Positions 9,088-18,258 of a stretch of 64,000 nt of DNA are shown here, one piece after another. Below the pieces are notes generated by a model that saw nothing but the letters and a program-made list of their open reading frames with translations, had not been told where the DNA came from and ran no database searches. Position 1 is the first letter of the stretch; each line of letters opens with the position of its first letter. The stretch is from an uncultured Bacteroidales bacterium (lineage in GTDB: Bacteria > Bacteroidota > Bacteroidia > Bacteroidales > JAAYJT01): assembly GCA_964550455.1 (NCBI GenBank), contig CAZJZG010000008.1, positions 12,486 through 76,485 of the forward strand, written 5' to 3'. The position numbers and the translations under genes are program-made.

Positions 9088-9319
9088 AATATATTTTTTG
9101 AAAAATACTTTTAACTAACGCAATGACCAGTAATTATGTTGCAATACCGGGATACACTGATACGAAAATACAGTTAAATAATGTTACAGTTTTACAATGG
9201 ATTGGTATCGAATAATCTCATTCTTATTTTTTCATGTTGTACCATTTAAGGATGTTTCCATGATTCAAAAAAACATTCGGAGTTAAATATAAAAACAAAA
9301 TCTTACAGGCTTATATTAA

Positions 9320-9354
9320 AAACAGGTCATTACTGATTAGCAATGACCTGTTTC
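9320..9354 (-). terminator. Intrinsic terminator after the POT transporter gene
   Basis: 12-bp stem aaacaggtcatt/aatgacctgttt with T-run on the minus strand. Confidence 0.75.
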
Positions 9355-9379
9355 GGGTTATAACTCATATTACAAAGTT

Positions 9380-11209
9380 TTATTCTTTTCTGTGGCCTGT
9401 AGCTCTTTCAAGTCGTTTCAGAATTGAAAAGATAAATACTGCTGAAAGGATACAAGAAACAATAAATATTGACCAAAGCTGCCATAATTCAAGTTTGCCC
9501 CAGAAATCACTTCCTATGAACAAGAATTTGTTTCCTACGGCGGTGGCAAGTAGCCAGCCACCTTGCATGAGACCCTGAAAACGAGCCGGTGCAACTTTTG
9601 AAACAAATGATAATCCCATAGGGCTCAGGAAAAGTTCAGCAATGGTAAGAATCAGATAAGTGCTTATCAGCCAGTAAGGCACAACCCTTGAAGAATCGGG
9701 TACGGGATTATACTTGGTAACACCATTTTCAACATACTGTAATTCATGTGGCGACACTAAACCAATTGATGCAATAAGGATAACTACGAACCCAATAGCA
9801 GCGATAATCATACCTATTCCAATCTTTTTAGGTGTTGATGGTTCCATATTTTTATTTCTCAGCCATGTAAATACAGCCATTACCGGGAAAGTAAGTGAAA
9901 CTATAAACAACGGGTTGAACGACTGGAATTTCTCAGGTTCAATAGGATTAATGGCAGGATTTCTTGCAATAAAATAACCTGTTAAAGCACCAAAAACAAT
10001 AGCCATGGCTCCACCTATAAGTCTATTTGAACCCTTTTTGTTGAAAATAAGCAATACTAATCCGGCAACTGCTCCTATAAATGCAAGCATTGATTCAAGT
10101 TTGAAAAAGATGTTTGTAAAAGGTCCTACATTTTTAACAGTATAGTCGCGTGCAAAGAAAGTAAGTGTAAGTCCATTTTGATGAAAAGACATCCAGAAAA
10201 ATATTACAACAACAAATACCAGTATAAGTGATGTTACACGCGGGCGTTCATCTTTGGTGGATATTTGGTACATCATTGCAACAAAACCAATAAACAGCCC
10301 AACTGCAGCACCCAAAGCCAAATCTTTCATCAAAACGAAGAAAATAACCGATGTAGCTACCATCAATCCTGCTGCAAGTAAAAAGCTAACAACATTAGCT
10401 TTAGCTTTATTCTGGGTATCTTCAGTTTTAGCAACTCTTTCAACGCTTGGTAAAAGTTTATTGAAAATAATATAAACCAGCATCGAAATAACCATTGCTC
10501 CGGCAGCTATCCCAAATGCATAATTGTATCCTTTTGAGAAAGCTGTAATATAGTTATCAGCAAAAGCATGCAGGTCTGTTACGATAGTACCGGAAACCTT
10601 ATTGGCAAGCTCCTGAAATTTAGTCATATCCTCTAGTGTTCCTGCCTCAAAAGCATGACACATAGCCGGAAGGCTTGCATCATGCTCAAACCCCTGAGTT
10701 CTCAGAAACCAGTTTCGGACTCCTGTTGCAGCATAAGGAGCGAAAAACGCACCAATATTGATCCCCATATAAAAAATCATAAAAGCAGTATCACGAACTT
10801 TTGAATAAAGAGGATTATCATACATCTGCCCTACTACAGCCTGAAGATTACCTTTAAAAAGACCATTACCCAGCGCAATGGTAAAAAGTCCGATAGCCGT
10901 AATTGCCAGAGGATTACCCGGTATTGCCATTAATATATATCCGGCAAACATGATAATGATACCCATCAGGATCACAAATTTATATTTCCTGGTAGCATCA
11001 GCAAGAATACCTCCTATAAGAGCCAGAGCATAAATACCGAAATAAAACCAGGAATAATAGTCACCAGCCTGAGATTCACTAAGCCCGTATCTGGCCTGCA
11101 AAAACAAAACCAGGATTGCCATCATGGTGTAAAATCCAAAGCGCTCTCCCATATTGGAGAAAAACGCAACCAATAACCCTTTTGGGTGTCCTTTCATCAT
11201 AGTTGTCAA
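9380..11209 (-). CDS. POT-family proton-dependent oligopeptide transporter
   Basis: GHPKGL, ExxERFxFY-like MGERFGFY, GNGLFKGN, FYMGINIGA, FQSFNP and ELFLSPMGLS motifs. Confidence 0.93.
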   Translation of the reverse strand: MTTMMKGHPKGLLVAFFSNMGERFGFYTMMAILVLFLQARYGLSESQAGDYYSWFYFGIYALALIGGILADATRKYKFVILMGIIIMFAGYILMAIPGNPLAITAIGLFTIALGNGLFKGNLQAVVGQMYDNPLYSKVRDTAFMIFYMGINIGAFFAPYAATGVRNWFLRTQGFEHDASLPAMCHAFEAGTLEDMTKFQELANKVSGTIVTDLHAFADNYITAFSKGYNYAFGIAAGAMVISMLVYIIFNKLLPSVERVAKTEDTQNKAKANVVSFLLAAGLMVATSVIFFVLMKDLALGAAVGLFIGFVAMMYQISTKDERPRVTSLILVFVVVIFFWMSFHQNGLTLTFFARDYTVKNVGPFTNIFFKLESMLAFIGAVAGLVLLIFNKKGSNRLIGGAMAIVFGALTGYFIARNPAINPIEPEKFQSFNPLFIVSLTFPVMAVFTWLRNKNMEPSTPKKIGIGMIIAAIGFVVILIASIGLVSPHELQYVENGVTKYNPVPDSSRVVPYWLISTYLILTIAELFLSPMGLSFVSKVAPARFQGLMQGGWLLATAVGNKFLFIGSDFWGKLELWQLWSIFIVSCILSAVFIFSILKRLERATGHRKE

Positions 11210-11251
11210 AGTTTTAAGTTAATAATCATTCAGATAAATTTAATTTGGGCG

Positions 11252-11259
11252 CAAAGCTA
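11252..11259 (-). promoter_or_regulatory. -7 promoter element (TAGCTTTG) of the POT gene
   Basis: TAnnTTTG match about 45 bp upstream of the start. Confidence 0.55.
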
Positions 11260-11417
11260 TGAAAAAAAACGATTTACTGAATGCGCCACTTATAACTTGC
11301 CCAGATTAAATAAACAGAACGAAACTGGATAACACAGCTAAATAAGTGCTGATTATACTATTTCTTGTCTTCATTAAAAAAATAAAGGACTTTTGTTAAA
11401 GTCAAAAAATATTTATG

Positions 11418-11425
11418 TAGCTTTG
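11418..11425 (+). promoter_or_regulatory. -7 promoter element (TAGCTTTG) of the T9SS/LTD gene pair
   Basis: TAnnTTTG match 90 bp upstream of 11516. Confidence 0.55.
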
Positions 11426-11515
11426 CAAGGAACAAACAACACATCTATTTAATCGCAATATTTCCATCATAAATATATATAGTCCAAAACCCACAAACTA
11501 ATTTAAATTTTAATT

Positions 11516-11971
11516 ATGAAGAAAACTCAGCTAAAACTACTCTGGTTGTTAACAGCATTCTTACTGCTATATCAGCCCAAAATCTGTGCTCAGGAATACA
11601 TGCGTATTAACCTGAAAAATGGCACAGTGATGTCATTTGCTTTATCGGACATTCAGAAACTCACATTTGATGTACAAACGGGTATTACTGAGCAAACTGA
11701 ACTTGTTAAGCAATTATTAAAGCTCAAAGCCTATCCCAATCCGGCTAAAGATCATGTAATTATTGAATATTCATTAATTGAACAGGGAGATGTATGGCTG
11801 GAAATTTTTAACTCCGTCGGAAACACTATCGTAAGCAAAACAATTGGATTGCAGTCACCCGGAAATCACCAGTATCAATGGTTATTGCATGGGGTTCCTA
11901 CCGGCCTTTATATATGCCGTATTAAACAACATAACCAAATCGTTAGTGAAAAAATTATTGTTAAGAAATAA
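11516..11971 (+). CDS. Small secreted protein with T9SS type A C-terminal sorting domain
   Basis: Signal peptide, ~27-aa module, TGITE linker, then CTD (AYPNPA...IFNSVG...GLYICRI...KIIVKK). Confidence 0.88.
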   Translation: MKKTQLKLLWLLTAFLLLYQPKICAQEYMRINLKNGTVMSFALSDIQKLTFDVQTGITEQTELVKQLLKLKAYPNPAKDHVIIEYSLIEQGDVWLEIFNSVGNTIVSKTIGLQSPGNHQYQWLLHGVPTGLYICRIKQHNQIVSEKIIVKK

Positions 11972-11982
11972 AAATTAGAAAA

Positions 11983-13380
11983 ATGAAAAAATTTACTTTT
12001 ACTCTTTTATGTTTTTTCCTGGCTGCTGCCAGCCTTTCAGCCCAAAAACTGAATATTTTTAAAAGCGATGGTACTATTATCAACGTTCCTTTAAACAGTA
12101 TTGACAGCATCACATTTTCAGACGAGATTCCTGCTGCCAGTGATATTCTTATGAACGAAATATATTCAAGAGGCACTGCCGATGATCCTGACTGGATTGA
12201 AATATACAATAAGTCAGATGCGCCTGTAGATATAAGCGGTTATAAAATTTATGACATTGGTGGATTTAGCGGATCTAAACCTAAAAAGGAATTTCCTGCC
12301 GGCTCAGTTGTTCCTGCTCATGGTTTTTATGTCATTATAACTGATAGAACCGATGATTCCTCAGATTTTGGTCTTTCAGCCAATGGTGAAGAAGTATGGT
12401 TCGAAGATGCAAGCGGAACTATTATTGATAATGTCACATTTGCTTATATGGATGTAACCCAGAGTTATGGCCGCCTGCCGGATGGATCGGCTAACTGGCA
12501 GTTGCTAAATATCATTACCAAGGGTGGATCCAATCAGAATACACTTACTGCAACCATTGTAATGAATGAAATATACTCAATGGGTACTAACGAAGATCCG
12601 GATTGGATTGAAATATACAACGCTTCGCCATTTGACTTCGATATAAGTGGATTTAAAATTTATGATGATGGTGGATTTAACGGAACCAAACCCAAAAAAG
12701 AATTCCCCGAAGGAACGATAATACCTGCAAATGGATTTTTTGTTATTGTTACTGATAAAACAGGCGATCCTTCAGATTTCGGACTTTCAAAAAATGGTGA
12801 AGAAGTATGGCTTGAAGATGCTGCCGGAGAAGTTATTGATAATGTAACTTTTCCTGCATTGACAGAAGATCAGAGTTACGGTCGCTTTCCTGATGGAACT
12901 GAAGACTGGCAAATTCTGAATACTGTTACTAAAGGTACTCCAAACAGCAATGTTACACCTTCGGTTTTATTTATGAATGAAGTCTTTTCACGTGGTACTG
13001 TCGAAGATCCGGATTGGATTGAAATTTATAACAGCTCATCAGGAGATATTGATCTTACCGGTTATAAAATTTATGACGTAGGAGGATATTCAGGAACTAA
13101 ACCTAAGAAAGAATTCCCCGAAGGAACAATAATTCCGGCTAATGGGTTCTATGTAATTATAGTTGATGATGATGATCCCAGCGGTTTTGGTTTAGGCAAA
13201 AATGGTGAGGAAATCTGGCTTGAAGATCCTAATGGCGTTGTAATTGATAATTATATTTTTCAGGCAATGGAAGAAACCCAAAGTTATGGTCGCCAGCCTG
13301 ACGGTACTGCTAATTTCTTTATCTTCATTGAAATTACAAAAGGTTCGTCAAATAATAATGCCGGTACTTTAGGCAAATAA
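11983..13380 (+). CDS. Secreted protein with three lamin tail domains (LTD)
   Basis: Signal peptide and three repeats of hMNEhYS.G....PDWIEIYN....DhsGYKIYD...FGLxxNGEEhWhED...QSYGRxPDG; no CTD. Confidence 0.88.
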   Translation: MKKFTFTLLCFFLAAASLSAQKLNIFKSDGTIINVPLNSIDSITFSDEIPAASDILMNEIYSRGTADDPDWIEIYNKSDAPVDISGYKIYDIGGFSGSKPKKEFPAGSVVPAHGFYVIITDRTDDSSDFGLSANGEEVWFEDASGTIIDNVTFAYMDVTQSYGRLPDGSANWQLLNIITKGGSNQNTLTATIVMNEIYSMGTNEDPDWIEIYNASPFDFDISGFKIYDDGGFNGTKPKKEFPEGTIIPANGFFVIVTDKTGDPSDFGLSKNGEEVWLEDAAGEVIDNVTFPALTEDQSYGRFPDGTEDWQILNTVTKGTPNSNVTPSVLFMNEVFSRGTVEDPDWIEIYNSSSGDIDLTGYKIYDVGGYSGTKPKKEFPEGTIIPANGFYVIIVDDDDPSGFGLGKNGEEIWLEDPNGVVIDNYIFQAMEETQSYGRQPDGTANFFIFIEITKGSSNNNAGTLGK

Positions 13381-13399
13381 TCCTTATTTTGAATTTTTA

Positions 13400-13437
13400 A
13401 AAATCAGGCGGTAAACTTAGATTTACCGCCTGATTTT
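13400..13437 (+). terminator. Intrinsic terminator
   Basis: 16-bp stem aaaatcaggcggtaaa/tttaccgcctgatttt, 6-nt loop, 20 bp after the LTD gene stop. Confidence 0.8.
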
Positions 13438-13602
13438 GTTTTAATATTTCTGAAAGTTGCTGTTTGATTTACAAAAAGTTCATGCCTTAAATATCTTCTT
13501 CGAAAGTCAAATATTTTACCTGTTAAAACCTTTGTAAATATATATCTGTGAATAAACATTACACTCTTTATAATTGTTAATCGGGATATATAAATCATCC
13601 AT

Positions 13603-14370
13603 ATGACTTTCAAAATTCTAAAAACCCAAAATCAGGATGGGATCTTTACTATTACCATCAGCCGTCCTGAAGCCTTGAATGCCTTGAACACAGCTTTCTT
13701 TGATGAAATGGACCATTTGCTTGATGATATTTCTAACGACGATTCAGTAAAAATCATCATTATTACCGGAGTGGGCAAGGCATTTGTTGCCGGTGCCGAT
13801 ATTGCCGAAATGGTAAACAAAAACAGCATTGAAGGAACAGAATTCTCTGTACGAGGTCAAAAGGTTTTCCGTAAAATGGAACACCTTGATAAACCCATAA
13901 TTGCCGCTATAAACGGATTTGCTTTGGGAGGCGGGTTAGAACTTGCACTGGCATGCGACATCAGGTTAGCTTCAGATAAAGCCAGATTCGGACAGCCAGA
14001 AGTAAATCTTGGTCTTATCCCGGGATTTGCAGCAACACAGCGGCTTCCTCGTTTGATAGGAACTGCAAATGCTTTATGGCTATTAATGACTGCTGAAATG
14101 ATTGATGCCGCCGAAGCTCTGCGTATAGGGCTGGTTCAGAAAGTATTTGTGCCAGAGGAACTAATTGAATCTGCAAACAAAATGGCACAGCTTATTCTGA
14201 GCAAAGGACCAAAAGCCGTTAAAAAAATTAAAAAAGTAGTTCGTAAAGGTATGGAAACCGATTTTGATTCGGGAAGTCAACTGGAAGCGCAGGAATTTGG
14301 CACTCTGTTCGGGAATGAGGGAGAAGAAGGGATGAGAGCCTTTCTTGAAAAACGAAAACCGGAATTCTGA
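13603..14370 (+). CDS. Enoyl-CoA hydratase (crotonase)
   Basis: AFVAGADI, NGFALGGGLELALACD and FGQPEVNLGLIPG motifs with both catalytic Glu residues. Confidence 0.93.
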   Translation: MTFKILKTQNQDGIFTITISRPEALNALNTAFFDEMDHLLDDISNDDSVKIIIITGVGKAFVAGADIAEMVNKNSIEGTEFSVRGQKVFRKMEHLDKPIIAAINGFALGGGLELALACDIRLASDKARFGQPEVNLGLIPGFAATQRLPRLIGTANALWLLMTAEMIDAAEALRIGLVQKVFVPEELIESANKMAQLILSKGPKAVKKIKKVVRKGMETDFDSGSQLEAQEFGTLFGNEGEEGMRAFLEKRKPEF

Positions 14371-14508
14371 TTTAATTTCTGCTTTTAAACTTTTCATTTT
14401 CAGGTTTTTTAAAGAAATGGATGAAAATTCAGACAAAACAACAAAACTATCCGGATCAAAAACACAACTGATAAACATAATACCATAATCCAAAACAAGT
14501 AAAATTCA

Positions 14509-15843
14509 ATGAAATACAATGAGAAACTAAGCAATGTTGTCGTCCTGGGGGCAGCAGGCAAAATGGGCAGTGGTATAGTACTTCTTACAGCTGTTGAAAT
14601 GGCCAATAATTGTTTTGCTGAGGGTAAAAGCACCGATGAGGTCAGCCTTCATGCAATTGATGTTTCAGCGCCGGCTCTTGGCGGACTGATGAAATATCTA
14701 AGAAGCCAGATTTTGAAAAACGCTGAAAAAATGACTGTACAACTGAGAAAGTGGTATGCCACAAACCCAAAACTTATTGAAAACGAAGATGTTATAAATC
14801 AATATGTAAATGATGTTCTGAGTGTGGTAAAACCTACAACCAGAATAGAAGCTGCTTATGATGCACAGCTTGTCTTTGAAGCAGTGAGCGAGAATCCTGA
14901 AGTAAAAGTGAAACTTTTCAGCAATATCAATCAAAACAACCCCTATAATCCATGGTTTCTAAGTAATACATCTTCTATTCCAATTAACGAACTGGATGAA
15001 AAAGCCGGTCTTAATGGTAATATCATAGGATTCCATTTTTACAATCCTCCGGCAGTTCAGAAACTCATGGAAATAATTCCATCAAAAAACACAAATCAGG
15101 AATTATTTGATTTTGCAGAAAAACTTGCTAAAAACCTTAAAAAAACCATTGTTTTTTCAAACGATGTGGCAGGATTTATTGGCAATGGCTTTTTTATGCG
15201 TGATATTATTCATGCAGTCAGCGAAGTTCAGAAGCTTAGTAACCAAATGTCGTTCACTGAAGCACTATATGTGGTAGATAAGGTAAGCAGGGATTTTCTT
15301 GTCAGGCCTATGGGTATTTTCCAATTATCAGATTATGTAGGAATTGATGTCTGCCTTTTTATCATGAAAGTAATGGATGAGCGGTTTCCCGGCGAAACAC
15401 TTCAAAGTCAGGCTCTGTCCGGATTTATGAAACTTGGCCTAAAAGGCGGTCAGTTCGCTGATGGGAGTCAGAAAGATGGGATTTTTAAATATACCAAAGG
15501 TCAGATCACAGAAATTTTTGATCTGGAAGCTAAGCAATACATTGATATTAAACCTGTTGCAGGATCCGGTGATAAATTTATCGGTGATATACCTCCAGGC
15601 TGGCAACCATGGAAAAACATAATTAAGATCCGTTCACGTGAAGAAACTCTAAAGCAGTATTTTAACGGATTAAAAAATATGGATACAAAAGGAGCCAAAT
15701 TAGCAGTATCATATGCACAAAAAGCCGGCGAAATTGGTAAAAAGCTGGTAAATGACGGTGTTGCACACAGCACTGAAGATGTAAACACTGTTATGACCAC
15801 CGGTTTCTTTCATGCCTACGGACCAGTGAATAATTATCTTTAA
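14509..15843 (+). CDS. 3-hydroxyacyl-CoA dehydrogenase, atypical long form
   Basis: VLGAAGKMGSG Rossmann motif, FEAVSE, SNTSS, GFHFYNP...MEI (His-Glu dyad), GFIGN and PMGIFQLSDYVGID. Confidence 0.85.
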   Translation: MKYNEKLSNVVVLGAAGKMGSGIVLLTAVEMANNCFAEGKSTDEVSLHAIDVSAPALGGLMKYLRSQILKNAEKMTVQLRKWYATNPKLIENEDVINQYVNDVLSVVKPTTRIEAAYDAQLVFEAVSENPEVKVKLFSNINQNNPYNPWFLSNTSSIPINELDEKAGLNGNIIGFHFYNPPAVQKLMEIIPSKNTNQELFDFAEKLAKNLKKTIVFSNDVAGFIGNGFFMRDIIHAVSEVQKLSNQMSFTEALYVVDKVSRDFLVRPMGIFQLSDYVGIDVCLFIMKVMDERFPGETLQSQALSGFMKLGLKGGQFADGSQKDGIFKYTKGQITEIFDLEAKQYIDIKPVAGSGDKFIGDIPPGWQPWKNIIKIRSREETLKQYFNGLKNMDTKGAKLAVSYAQKAGEIGKKLVNDGVAHSTEDVNTVMTTGFFHAYGPVNNYL

Positions 15844-15856
15844 AAGACTGATTATC

Positions 15857-17101
15857 ATGAAAAAATTAAGAAAAAGAATATTTCTGACAGCGGGATATAA
15901 TACAGTTTCGATAGGAACAGGCCGCAAAGAATTTAATCCTAAGAAACAAATGCCCGGACTTGAGCATTATATGAAAGAAGCAGGGCAGGCAAGTATTGCG
16001 GCTGTTGGCGGTGCTCAATATATTGACGAATGTGTGGTAGGCAATTTTATGTCGGCACGATTTAACAAGCAGGCTCATCTTGGTGCTTTTATGCCTATGA
16101 TTGATGAAGGATTACGTTACAAACCAGCCATGAGCGTTGAAGGTGCCTGTGCTTCCGGCGGATTGGCCTTACTTGCAGGAGTTCGCTCAGTACTGGCCGA
16201 AACTGCTGATATGGTTTTGGTAATAGGTGTTGAAGTTCAAAATTCAATGAAAGCAATTTACGGAGCTGATGTATTGGCCGGCGCAGGTTGGTTTCAGAAA
16301 AGAAAGGAAGGGCATGCCTATTTTTTCCCGGGTCAGTTCAGTAACCGCGCAGGAGCTTATTTTGATAAGTATGGCCGTGATTATGCCCGTAAAGGTTTTG
16401 CACGCTGGTACCGGAATGCTATTGAAAATGCCCGCCTTTGTCCTACAGCACAGGAATTTGAAAACAAAACTGAAGACCTTGAGAAACTGGCTCTTACCGA
16501 ACCAAATCCATCTGCTTTTACTGATTTTCTGAATGTTTTTGATTGCAGCAAGGTATCTGACGGAGCCTCATCAATAGTAGTAGCATCAGAAGAAGGGCTA
16601 AAAAAAGCCGGAATTCTGCTTTCTGAAGCCGTAGAAATAACCGGTTGGGGTCAGGCTGAAGAAGATATTACCAAAGAACCTGATGATTTAACCCGATTGA
16701 GCACTATGGCTGAATCGGTAAAGCAAGCATTGCAATCAGCCGGTATTACAATTAACGACCTTGCCACCATTGAGCTTCATGACTGCTTTACTATAGCCGG
16801 TATCCTTGCCATGGAAGCTATAGGCTTTGCAAAACAGGGAGAAGGTGCCCGCTTTGTAGCTGAAGGACATACATCCCGTAACGGTAAAATTCCGGTAAAC
16901 ACTACCGGCGGGCTAATTGGCTGGGGTCATCCTACCGGAGCTACAGGAGTTCATATGGCTGTTACAATCTGGGAACAACTGACCGGTAAAGCAGGAAAAG
17001 CACAAATTAAAATTTCACATGAACGCCCGTATGGGTTAAGTGTAAATATGGGAGGCGACGATAAATCACTGGTAGCACTTGTTTACCGAAAAGCAGAATA
17101 A
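15857..17101 (+). CDS. Thiolase of SCP2-thiolase type
   Basis: EGACASGG (catalytic Cys), DCSKVSDG, HDCF loop, GHP and NMGGDDK in place of the CxG motif. Confidence 0.88.
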   Translation: MKKLRKRIFLTAGYNTVSIGTGRKEFNPKKQMPGLEHYMKEAGQASIAAVGGAQYIDECVVGNFMSARFNKQAHLGAFMPMIDEGLRYKPAMSVEGACASGGLALLAGVRSVLAETADMVLVIGVEVQNSMKAIYGADVLAGAGWFQKRKEGHAYFFPGQFSNRAGAYFDKYGRDYARKGFARWYRNAIENARLCPTAQEFENKTEDLEKLALTEPNPSAFTDFLNVFDCSKVSDGASSIVVASEEGLKKAGILLSEAVEITGWGQAEEDITKEPDDLTRLSTMAESVKQALQSAGITINDLATIELHDCFTIAGILAMEAIGFAKQGEGARFVAEGHTSRNGKIPVNTTGGLIGWGHPTGATGVHMAVTIWEQLTGKAGKAQIKISHERPYGLSVNMGGDDKSLVALVYRKAE

Positions 17102-18210
17102 TGAATCAACACGGATCTGAGAACCTTCAACCATTACTTACCGGCTTTCAAATTGGCACTTACCATTTGAAAAATCGCCTTATAATGGCACCTCTTACCC
17201 GTCGAAGGGCTGGTGCAGGGAGTATTCCTGTTGATATGATGGCAGAATATTATGCACAGCGTTCGTCAGCCGGCTTAATCATCACAGAAGGAGCTCAGAT
17301 ATCTCCGCAAGGGGTTGGTTATTTGAACACACCTGGTATACACTCTGATGAACAGATTGAAGGGTGGAAAAAGATCACTAATGCAGTACATGAGAAGAAC
17401 GGATTGATATTCCTTCAGTTATGGCATGTAGGGCGGGTTTCACACTTTTCATTACAACCTGATAATAAACTTCCGGTAGCCCCGTCGGCTATAAGTCCGG
17501 GTGGAGAAATAGGAACCCCGCAAGGGAAAATATCTACCGAAATCCCTCATGCTCTCAGCATAAAAGAAATATCGGATATAATTGAAGACTACCGGAAAGC
17601 AGCTCTAAATGCTAAAGAATCCGGCTTCGACGGAGTAGAGATACACGCTGCGAACTCTTATCTTATTGATCAGTTTCTTCACGACAGTTCAAATATAAGA
17701 ACCGATCAATATGGGGGTTCTTTTACAAATCGTGCCAGTTTTCTTTTTGAAGTCCTCGAAGCTGTTATCAGCGTCTGGGGAAATAAGAGGGTTGGCATCC
17801 GTCTTGCGCCCTCTGGTACACGATATGACATGAACGATACTGATCCTGTAGGGTTATTTGATTTTGTTATCAATAAACTCAATGACTACGATCTTGCATA
17901 CCTGCATCTCATTGAGCCTTTGTTGCCTCTTGATGAACACCCTCATTATCTCAGGGAGGTAACCAAACATTACCGGAGAATCTATAACGGAACACTGATA
18001 GCCTGTGGGAAATTCACGCAGGAAAAAGGAAATGAGTATATTCGTGAACAATGGTCTGATTTGATTGCCTTTGGGAGACTTTTTATTGCCAATCCCGATC
18101 TTCCTGAACGATTTGAACATAATCTGGTTTTGAACCAACCCGATAATGATACGTTTTATACTGGTGGGGAAAAGGGTTATATTGATTATCCGTTCTATAA
18201 AAAAAGCTAA
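17101..18210 (+). CDS. Old Yellow Enzyme / alkene reductase (NemA-like)
   Basis: MAPLTRRRA, YYAQR, QLWHVGR, GVEIHAANSYLIDQFL, RTDQYGGS, FGRLFIANPDLP and YTGGEKGYIDYP motifs. Confidence 0.93.
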   Translation: MNQHGSENLQPLLTGFQIGTYHLKNRLIMAPLTRRRAGAGSIPVDMMAEYYAQRSSAGLIITEGAQISPQGVGYLNTPGIHSDEQIEGWKKITNAVHEKNGLIFLQLWHVGRVSHFSLQPDNKLPVAPSAISPGGEIGTPQGKISTEIPHALSIKEISDIIEDYRKAALNAKESGFDGVEIHAANSYLIDQFLHDSSNIRTDQYGGSFTNRASFLFEVLEAVISVWGNKRVGIRLAPSGTRYDMNDTDPVGLFDFVINKLNDYDLAYLHLIEPLLPLDEHPHYLREVTKHYRRIYNGTLIACGKFTQEKGNEYIREQWSDLIAFGRLFIANPDLPERFEHNLVLNQPDNDTFYTGGEKGYIDYPFYKKS

Positions 18211-18258
18211 TACTGTTAATAATTCATAACCAACCTGTTAATCCAAAACGAAAGAAAA

